From Eledone cirrhosa (taxonomy: Eukaryota), in NCBI GenBank assembly GCA_964016885.1, contig OZ024765.1:7564001-7628000 (forward strand): a stretch of DNA of 64,000 nucleotides, read 5' to 3'. The notes beneath the pieces were generated by a model. It was not told where the DNA came from. It saw only the letters and a program-made list of their open reading frames with translations, and did not search any database. Below, piece after piece: positions 53,763 to 64,000 of this stretch; the first letter of the stretch is position 1; every line of letters begins with the position of its first letter. A program made the position numbers and the translations under genes.

Positions 53763-54114
53763 TCTATCTAAGGCGGGTAAAATTCCCGAGATCCATGGAC
53801 GAGCTCTCTCCAGCGGTCCCTGTCCCTCATTATCGCTGCCATATCCTGCATCTCCAACAGACCAGTGTCTGTCCTTAGGGCATCAACATATGTTAACCTT
53901 GGTTTTCCTCTTCTAGTGTGTCCATGTAGGGGCTCCCAAAGGATGGTGGATGGGTGCTACACGAGAATGCTGAGGATGGCTCTGAACATTAATCAGTATA
54001 CACTGAGGATGAAGAACTCAGAGCTGTATGGGAGCATCCCAAAAGTCAGCTCAAAAGTGACACAGAGGAGACTGAGGTTGGCTGGACATGCTCACCGACA
54101 TCCAGAGTTGACAT
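53763..54114 (-). mobile_element. RTE-like LINE copy with 5' inversion
   Basis: 3' end on minus strand 53763-53943, upstream part on plus strand 53941-54114. Confidence 0.85.
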
Positions 54115-54447
54115 ATATATATATATACACATATATATCAAATAGTTCCAGGTAGGAACTAGCTATTGAAAGGCCAAGAGCTCAGCCATCGGGGTCCTGA
54201 CTCATTTATATAACCATACTCTATTACCATTACTCACCAGAGTACTCAATACTAGTGGTAGTAGAGTATGGTTATATGAATGAGGCAGCACTTGCCGTTT
54301 CAACAGCTAGTTCCTGACTGGAACTATCTTATATATATATATAGAGAGAGAGGGGGTAATCGATAGTCGGGATAGTTGAAATTTGCTGCCAAAACGGCAA
54401 GAGCTCAGCCGTCGTGCCCCGATTCACTAATATATATATACCTGCGC

Positions 54448-54500
<53 letters not shown>

Positions 54501-56489
54501 TCCAGGAAAACTCATTTGTTGAGTGCTTCTAATCTATTGTAAAATTGTATTCGTTGAGTAATCAACGAACCATACTAATCTTTGGTCATATATATACATA
54601 TAGATAGATATATTATATACGTTTGTATGTATATATATTTTTAACTATAATAAAGTGTATTTAATGAAAACACATTTGTGTTCGATTAAAAAAGAATCAT
54701 TAATGTTTTTTAAAAAATCACGAGTCCTTTTTATATTTACGTGTACATAATATGAAAGAAAATCAAAAGCATATACATTTCAAAATAAAATGTCTTCCAT
54801 AGATCCCTCAACGCTAGAAAACAACAAATAAAACAAAAAAACAACACCGAAACTGTATTTATATGACAGGAGGGGGGTGGGTGGGGTAGGAAACTGCAGT
54901 CTAGCCATTGATACACAAATAAATGCCGAAATACATCGGCTTTCCCCTTCATTTACCACTGCTTATAATTTTCTCTATTACATAAATTAAACAATATCTT
55001 GTGAAAAAAACTTTCTGTCACATTTCTCATTGAAATTTGTGAAAAGATGAACCCAATTTCATTTAATATTTGTTGCGCTTTATTGGGTTTCAGTTTGAAA
55101 AAAAAAAAATGATTTTTCGCCATTTTGTGTTTTTGTTGTATTTATATACTTGATGTAAGAGTGGGGGTGTGATATGGAGAGGGAGTGAGAGAAAGAGGAA
55201 GAAAAATATGAGAGGGAATTAGTGAAAAGATAGGAAGCTGAGTGAGAGAGGGAGAGAACGCGAAAAGAGAAGAGTGAGAAAAAGAGGAGATATAGTGAGA
55301 GAAAAAGAGAGATGGGGAAAATCGTAACAGAGAACAGAAGACATAACAGTGTATGAGAGAAAGAAAGAGAGAGAAAAAAAGAGAGATAGAGAGATACCGC
55401 GAGAAAGTGTGTAAGAGAAAGAGTAAGAAGATAAAGAGAAAAAATAAAGAACGCGAGGAGAGTGAGAGAAAGAGAAGATATAAGAGAAAACAAGAGTGAA
55501 AGAATAGAGAAGACATGAAGAAGTAGGAAAGAAAGAGAGAGACTCTCTCTCTCTGTATGTGTGTGTGTGTAAGAGAAAGACTGAGAAAAGTAAGAGAGTA
55601 AAAGAGAATGAAGAGAGTGAGTGACAAAGAGAAACAAAAGATATAGTAAAAGAAAGGATGAGATAAGAAAAAGAGTAAGAAAGAGAGAGAGAGAAGTAAG
55701 ACATGAGAGAGAAACTTACATAACTTAATTTTAGTATAAGGAAGTGTGTAAAGGAAAGAGTAAGAGAAGAGTAAATGGGATAAAGAAAGAAGGTATAGGG
55801 AGGGAAAATGAGAGATTAGAAGAGTGAAAGAGAGGGAAAATATGGAAGAAACTATAAGAGAGAGAGAGAGAGGGGTGATATATGGAAAAACTATAAGAGA
55901 AAGATAGAGAGAGAGAGAGAGACTGAGTGTGTGTAAAACTATAAGAGAAAGACAGAGGTAGACAGAGAGAGAAATACTGAGAGAGACAGAGACAGACACA
56001 GAGAGAGAAAGACTTGGTTTGTGTATGTATCTATATATATGTGTGTGTTTTAGAAGAAAAGTGAGTATGAAAGAAAGAAAAGACAAGCTGAGAGAGAGAG
56101 CGGAATGATAAGAAAAGAAAGTAAACGTAAAGGAAGATTAGGAAAAGAGAGATAGTGAGTGAAAGACTATGATTAAGAGAGGAGATAAAAGAAAGACTAA
56201 AAGATGTGTGAGAAAAGTTTTAAAGATTTTGTTTTTATGTACAACACACTTTTGAACAAGTAAAAAATATTTTGGCGCACTTTGTGTAAAAACTCTAAAA
56301 TTTAATCAAAACAGCTATTTCTACGTATTAGCATGGCATAAAAAATGTTTAATTTTGTTTGTTTTTTTCCAATCGAAAGTTCATTTAAAAATAATGTGGT
56401 ACCACAGTTGCCTTTAATGCCCAAAATGTGCTCAAACGTCGCTACCCGAATGGATCGAGCCAGTTTACACCGTGGGGCTTCATCCTGTG

Positions 56490-58213
56490 GGTGGCTAACT
56501 CCACCCAGATAGTACTGAGTAGTGAGGTGGTCCAGAGACCAAGAACACCAGAAGGGTTTCAATCTGCGGGTAGCCAACTCCACCCCGATAGTACTGAGTA
56601 GTGAGGTGGTCCAGAGACCAAGAACACCAGAAGGGTTTCAATCTGCGGGTAACCAACTCCACCCCGATAGTACTGAGTAGTGAGGTGGTCCAGAGACCAA
56701 GAACACCAGAAGGGTTTCAATCTGCGGGTAGCCAACTCCACCCCGATAGTACTGAGTAGTGAGGTGGTCCAGAGACCAAGAACACCAGAAGGGTTTCAAT
56801 CTGCGGGTAGCCAACACCACCCCGATAGTACTGAGTAGTGAGGTGGTCCAGAGACCAAGAACACCAGAAGGGTTTCAATCTGCGGGTAGCCAACTCCACC
56901 CCGATAGTACTGAGTAGTGAGGTGGTCCAGAGACCAAGAACACCAGAAGGGTTTCAATCTGCGGGTAGCCAACTCCACCCCGATAGTACTGAGTAGTGAG
57001 GTGGTCCAGGGACCAAGAACACCAGAAGGGTTTCAATCTGCGGGTAGCCAACACCACCCCGATAGTACTGAGTAGTGAGGTGGTCCAGGGACCAAGAACA
57101 CCAGAAGGGTTTCAATCTGCGGGTAGCCAACTCCACCCCGATAGTACTGAGTAGTGAGGTGGTCCAGAGACCAAGAACACCAGAAGGGTTTCAATCTGCG
57201 GGTAGCCAACTCCACCCCGATAGTACTGAGTAGGGAAGTGGTTTGGTGACCAAGAACACCAGAAGGGTTTCAATCTGCGGGTAGCCAACACCACCCCGAT
57301 AGTACTGAGTAGGGAGGTGGTCCAGGGACCAAGAACACCAGAAGGGTTTCAATCTGCGGGTAGCCAACTCCACCCCGATAGTACTGAGTAGGGAAGTGGT
57401 CCAGAGACCAAGAACACCAGAAGGGTTTCAATCTGCGGGTAGCCAACACCACCCCGATAGTACTGAGTAGTGAGGTGGTCCAGAGACCAAGAACACCAGA
57501 AGGGTTTCAATCTGCGGGTAGCCAACTCCACCCCGATAGTACTGAGTAGTGAGGTGGTCCAGAGACCAAGAACACCAGAAGGGTTTCAATCTGCGGGTAG
57601 CCAACACCACCCCGATAGTACTGAGTAGTGAGGTGGTCCAGAGACCAAGAACACCAGAAGGGTTTCAATCTGCGGGTAGCCAACACCACCCCGATAGTAC
57701 TGAGTAGTGAGGTGGTCCAGAGACCAAGAACACCAGAAGGGTTTCAATCTGCGGGTAGCCAACACCACCCCGATAGTACTGAGTAGGGAAGTGGTTTGGT
57801 GACCAAGAACACCAGAAGGGTTTCAATCTGTGGGTAGCCAACTCCACCCCGATAGTACTGAGTAGTGAGGTGGTCCAGGGACCAAGAACACCAGAAGGGT
57901 TTCAATCTGCGGGTAGCCAACACCACCCCGATAGTACTGAGTAGTGAGGTGGTCCAGGGACCAAGAACACCAGAAGGGTTTCAATCTGCGGGTAGCCAAC
58001 ACCACCCCGATAGTACTGAGTAGTGAGGTGGTCCAGAGACCAAGAACACCAGAAGGGTTTCAATCTGCGGGTAGCCAACACCACCCCGATAGTACTGAGT
58101 AGTGAGGTGGTCCAGGGACCAAGAACACCAGAAGGGTTTCAATCTGCGGGTAGCCAACTCCACCCCGATAGTACTGAGTAGGGAAGTGGTTTGGTGACCA
58201 AGAACACCAGAAG
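56490..58213. repeat. 79-bp satellite array, ~22 copies
   Basis: ccaccccgatagtactgagtagtgaggtggtccagagaccaagaacaccagaagggtttcaatctgcgggtagccaac; 79-bp ORF periodicity. Confidence 0.95.
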
Positions 58214-61200
58214 TCTTCACGGAGAGCGACTGGTAGTGAGAGAAAGAAAAAGAGTGAAAGAAAGTGTGGGAGAGAGAGTGAGTGAAGGAGAAAGAGATAT
58301 AGACACAATGAGAGAGGGAGAGAGACAGTGTAAGACTGCATGAGAGAATGTGTATCAGAGTGAGAGAGAGAGAAAGACAGTGTAAGACTGAGTGAGAGAG
58401 AGAGAAAGACAGTGTAAGACTGGGTGAGAGTGAGAGAGAGAGAAAGACTGTAAGACTGGGTGAGAGAATGTGTATGAGAGCGTGTGTGTGAGAGAGAAAG
58501 AGAATGAAAGTCTGAGTGAGAGAGTGTGTAAGGGTAAAAGAGAGAGAAAAACCTATAGTCAATAGTCTCTCTCTCACTCTTTTAAAAGTTTCTCTCTTTT
58601 AATAGATCTATAAAGAGAGAGAGACAAAAGAGATAGAGAAAGATAAAGAAAGAGAAGGCGTGTGTGTATCTGTGTGTGCATATGTGTGTATATATATGTA
58701 TATGTTTATGTGTATATCTTTTAGGTGTATATGCGTGTGTACGACAGTATGTGTTTATGTATGTGTATATGTATGTATGGCTTTGTTTGTGTATGAATGT
58801 GTGTATCTATATATCTGTATTTGTGTGTATGTATGTTTCTCTGTGTTTGTGTGTATGTATGTATGTCTGTGTTTGTGTGTATGTATGTATGTGTTTGTGT
58901 GTATGTATGTATGTCTGTGTTTGTGTGTATGTATGTCTGTGTTTGTGTGTATGTATGTATGTCTGTGTTTGTGTATATGTATGTATGTCTGTGTTTGTGT
59001 GTATGTATATATGTCTGTGTTTGTGTGTATGTGTGTTTGTGTGTATGTATGTATGTCTGTGTTTGTGTGTATGTATGTATGTCTGTGTTTGTGTATATGT
59101 ATGTATGTCTGTGTTTGTGTGTATGTATGTCTGTGTTTGTGTGTATGTATGTATGTCTGTGTTTGTGTGTATGTATGTATGTCTGTGTTTGTGTGTATGT
59201 ATGTATGTCTGTTTGTGTGTATGTATGTATGTCTGTGTTTGTGTGTACGTATGTCTGTTTGTGTGTATGTATGTATGTCTGTGTTTATGCGTCTATATGA
59301 GTGTGTATGTGTGTGGTGCCCACTTCCCTCATCTCCCTTCGTCCCTTCCGCACGCGTATCATCTCAGACTACCTCCCTCTCCCACCCTGTCCTGTTGCTT
59401 CACAACTCCTCCCCCTCTGCCTCCTTGTCTACCTCTCGCTCGTGCGTCTTTTCCCCCTCCCCTTTCATATGCTTTACTTTTTCTTTGATCCTCATCCTTC
59501 ACCTTTCGCTCGCGCGTCTTCTTTTTTCTCTCTTTATCTTTTATTCTCTATCTCTATTTCTTTTTTCTACCTCTTTCTCTGTCTCTTTCTCCCTCTCTAT
59601 CTCTCTTGCTTGCTCATCATCACCTCTTTCTCCATCCCCTTCATTCCTCTCCTGTTGCTTACACGCGCGTCTCCCCTTCTCTCCACCAGTCTGTCAGTTT
59701 CCTCCTCCTCCATATTTTTTTAATACTTTTTTTTTTATTCTTTATTGACTTCTCCTCCTTTTCCTCCCGCAAGGATCGTCTGCCTCAGTGAATACATACA
59801 AACACACACACACACACTCATCTATACATACACACATATATGTGTATGTATGTATGTGTGTGTATGTGTATAAATAGCGATATAACTGTTTAAGTATATA
59901 TATATGTGTGTGTGTAAATATATAAATCCATACCCACACACACATATATACACACCTATTTACTCATCCACACACATACATACATACATATAAAAACATA
60001 CAAACTATATATATATATTTGTATACATAATAGCCTGTATGTTTATATATATACATATATGTACAAAATAGTCTGTATGTTTATGTGTATATATATATAA
60101 AACTAAGACGCTTTTCCCTTTTCTTCATCACTATCTGTGTGTGGTGCGGCGGCGAGGCCGTATACTCTCCCTCTCTCTCTCTGTGTTCTTTATCTTTTTC
60201 TTCCTCTCCGCGCGGCAGCGACGGTGATGCGTAATTTCTCTCCTTCTTCTTCATCGATTTCTGTATAAGTGTGGCGACGACGGCGTTGTGTAATTTCTCT
60301 TTATCTTCTTCATGACTCTCTATGCAATTGTGGTGCGTCGGCGGTGGCGGTAGAGTTTTCTCTGACTATACGGCGGAGGTGACGGCAGCGGCGGCGTGTA
60401 TTTTCTCTTTTTCTTCTTCATCACAATCTGTGCGAGTGTGGTGCGGCGGCGAGGGCGTATAGTCTTTCTCTTTCTTCTTCATCACTATCTGTGCGAGTGC
60501 GACGGCGGCGAAGTACCTTAATCTCTTGTTTTTCTTCTTCTTTCTTCCTCTTCTCTCATCACTTTCTCCTCTCCTCTCTCCCATCTCTGGTTGTGTTTCT
60601 CTACCAAACGTTGGATGCTGCTGCCAACATATTTCTTTGTTTTATAAAAAAAAATATGGTAAGAAGATCACACATGATTTCTATATTTTCTTTCATTTAA
60701 ACATTATTTCATTTAATTTCTTTCGTTTAAATTTATTTTATTGAATCATTCATCGTTTTTATTTTAATTTGATTTGATTTTATTTCTTCTAAAATTGTTC
60801 AGTCATATTTTTTCTCCCATGTTTTGTCATTTTTCGATGTTTAAAACTGTTTAAAAGTTGCTTTTAGTTTCATTTCTTTCCCCCATTCGTCTCTTCTCTT
60901 CTCCTATTCTTATCTCTTCTTCCTTCTCGTTTCTTCTATCTTCTCACCTCTTCTGTTATCTCATCTCTCTCATTTCTATCTTATTACTCTTCTCGTGGCT
61001 TCTCTCTTCTCATCTATCTTCTCTCATCTCTCTACTCACCTCTCTCGACCCTTCTATCATTTCATTTCACCCCTTCTCGTCTCTTCTATTTTCTCATCTC
61101 ACTTCTTCTTTCGTCTCTGTTGTGTTTCGTCGATGAAATATCGAAGCTGAAGCACTTTTTTCAGTTTTTATGATCAATCTTTACATCAATATATATGTAT

Positions 61201-61265
61201 GTGTGTATGTATGTATGTATGTATGTATGTATGTATGTATGTATGTATGTATGTATGTATGTATG

Positions 61266-61304
<39 letters not shown>

Positions 61305-61305
61305 A

Positions 61306-61386
<81 letters not shown>

Positions 61387-61639
61387 GTACCTGTGTATAT
61401 GTCTTTCAAGGTATGTGTGTAAAGATCTCTACGGAGTCATATATATGTATGTATGTATGTATATACACACGCACACACGCACACACACATATATATATAT
61501 ATATATGTTGTAATAATCCACATACACACGTATATATACATACGTGTGTATGTAATCTAGGTTTAAAAAATGCTGACCTTACAAAACCGAAAATCAAGGT
61601 ATAAAGAAACTTTTTACTCACTCACGTAACTAGTTGAAT

Positions 61640-61692
<53 letters not shown>

Positions 61693-62171
61693 TATATGCA
61701 TACACACACATATATATGAAATATAATTAAATTATCTGGGAGGTATATATCAGTTTACATCTATATCATATGCGTTATGCACATCTGTATTTTTATTATA
61801 AAAAGTACCGGACATACACGCACATAAATATATACACCCGCACACACACACATACACACACACATAGATATACATATATATGCATGCACACACATACACA
61901 TACACACACATTAGTGTGTGTTTTTAAATACTATATAATATATGTACCTGTATGTTATAATTTCATAACACCCGCATATATACACACGCTCATATACATA
62001 TATATAGATCAGTCCGTTTTTTCCTGCTAGCATGGGTTGTAGGGGCCGTCACACACCGGTCAGTAGTGAAATGGAGCTAGTGACCTATCGGGTGCTTCTC
62101 CATCCTCTACACAAATTTAAACACATACACAGTTATACACCACAGTCTGCACACACATACATGCATAAATA

Positions 62172-62226
62172 CAGGATGTCCCCCAAAAATGTATACATAC
62201 TTTTTAGAATACTGTGGGACACCCTG
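62172..62226. mobile_element. Tc1/mariner-type mini-MITE (55 bp)
   Basis: ta-caggatgtccc...gggacaccctg-ta; TA target duplication. Confidence 0.6.
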
Positions 62227-62581
62227 TATGTATGTATGTATGTATAAATATATATATATATACACACACACAAAAATATATATATATACACTTATACACT
62301 CATCAGGTTGATACATATACATACATCTACATTATTAGGTACACACTTGTAGGTATACTCATATACACACACATATATGCATATATACACACATAGCTTC
62401 ATACACACACGTAAACATATATATATACATAAACATATATACATATATGCACACACGTAAATATATATATGCACACATATATGTAAATATATATATGCAC
62501 ACAAACCAGCAGGTAGTCATATATAAATCGTAAGGTACACAAACACACATATGTGCATATGTATATATATGTGTGTGTTAG

Positions 62582-62621
<40 letters not shown>

Positions 62622-63099
62622 GCACCTAATTGTAATGGCAAAGTTTATAAAGTAGAAGTGGAATGATGGAAGAGAGATAAAAATGGAAGTTGATGTTGCT
62701 AGCTATCATTTCTACCGAAGATTTCACTCAATAATTGATTAAAGATGTAATATATATAAATATATATACACACGCATATATATATATATATACACACACA
62801 TACATATATATATGTGTCTACATGCATATATATATATATATATATGTGTGTATACATATATATGTGTATACATATATATGTGTATACATATATATATGTG
62901 TATACATATATATGTGTATACATACACACATATATGTGTGTATACATATATATATGTGTATACATAGATATGTGTATATACATATATATATGTGTATGCA
63001 TAGATATGTGTGTATACATATATATGTGTGCGCGTATATATGGCAGTAACTTAAAATATTTTAGTTTATTTTATTTATCATATTACTTCTGGCGGTATT

Positions 63100-63612
63100 A
63101 CTGGGGTAGGGCGGTGGGGTTGGTGGTGGTGGTTGCGTTCCTGGTGGTGGTGGTGGTGGTTGTGGTGTCGGTGGTGTTGGTGTTGGTGTTGGTGTTGGCG
63201 GTGGTGGTGGAGTTTATTGGTGGTGGTGGTGTTTGTGATAATGGTGGTGATGTTGGTGATGTTGGTTGTGGTGTCGGTGATGGTGGTTGTGGTGTCGGTG
63301 ATGGTGGTGGTGGTGTTGGCGGTGGTGGTGGTGTTGGTGTTAGCGGTGGTGGTGGAGTTTAGTGGTGGTGGTGGTGGAGTTTAGTGGTGGTGGTGGTGGT
63401 GATGGTGGTTGTATGTAGTATTAATGATAGGGATGTTGGTGGCGTTTGTGTTGGTGTTGGCGGTAGTTTTGTCTTGTGTAGTGGTGTTGGTGGCGGTGGT
63501 TGTCTTGTGTAGTAGTGTTGGTGGTGGTGGTGATGGTTGTGGTATTAGGGGTGGGGGTTATAGGTAGTGTTACTGGTGGTGGTGGTGGTGGTGGTGTTAA
63601 TATTGGTGTGGG
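63100..63612. repeat. (GGT)n-rich low-complexity tract
   Basis: Direct inspection. Confidence 0.9.
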
Positions 63613-64000
63613 GGTGCTATTTCTATTTTATATCTTTTAAATCCCCTACTGATGTCTTTATCTCTGTGTGTGTATATATATATAAAAATATATATATATA
63701 CACACATAAAAATATATATACCTCTTTCTCACTATATATAAATATAAATATATATATACATATATACAATGTATATATATCCATATACATTGTATATGTA
63801 TATATATACAATGTATATGGATATATATACATTGTATATATGTATATATATAGATACATATATACATTGTATATCTCCTTATAAATTGTATATATATATA
63901 TACAATGTATATGGATTGTATATATGTATATACATATATATGTATATACAATGTATATACATTGTATATATGTATATATATATACACATATATATATATA

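Noticed and set aside
56490-58213. CRISPR-like array or tandem ribozyme satellite
   Set aside because: Units are contiguous with no unique spacers, context is eukaryotic, and no CTGANGA...GAAA core with stems can be built on either strand.

Overview
Eukaryotic (animal) genomic DNA, extremely rich in (TA)n/(TG)n/(CA)n microsatellites and interspersed repeats. The SINE/RTE repertoire looks like that of a cephalopod mollusc (octopus-like; inference). The only supported host gene is the last three exons (2042-2333, 3605-3892, 8383-8736, + strand) of a dynein-heavy-chain C-terminal-domain protein, most similar in motif layout to DNHD1. The rest is a mosaic of tRNA-derived SINEs, RTE- and CR1-type LINE fragments, mini-MITEs and several minisatellites; almost all listed ORFs are microsatellite artefacts. 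The main unexplained signal is a dense set of short non-coding elements embedded in (TA)n tracts that carry type I minimal hammerhead ribozyme motifs (about 15 recognisable cores from at least 7 sequence families), often form long fold-back palindromes, share a TTGAGTRC motif, and in one case lie next to a degraded Penelope-like reverse transcriptase. Two RTE-clade LINE copies also show twin-priming-type 5' inversions.
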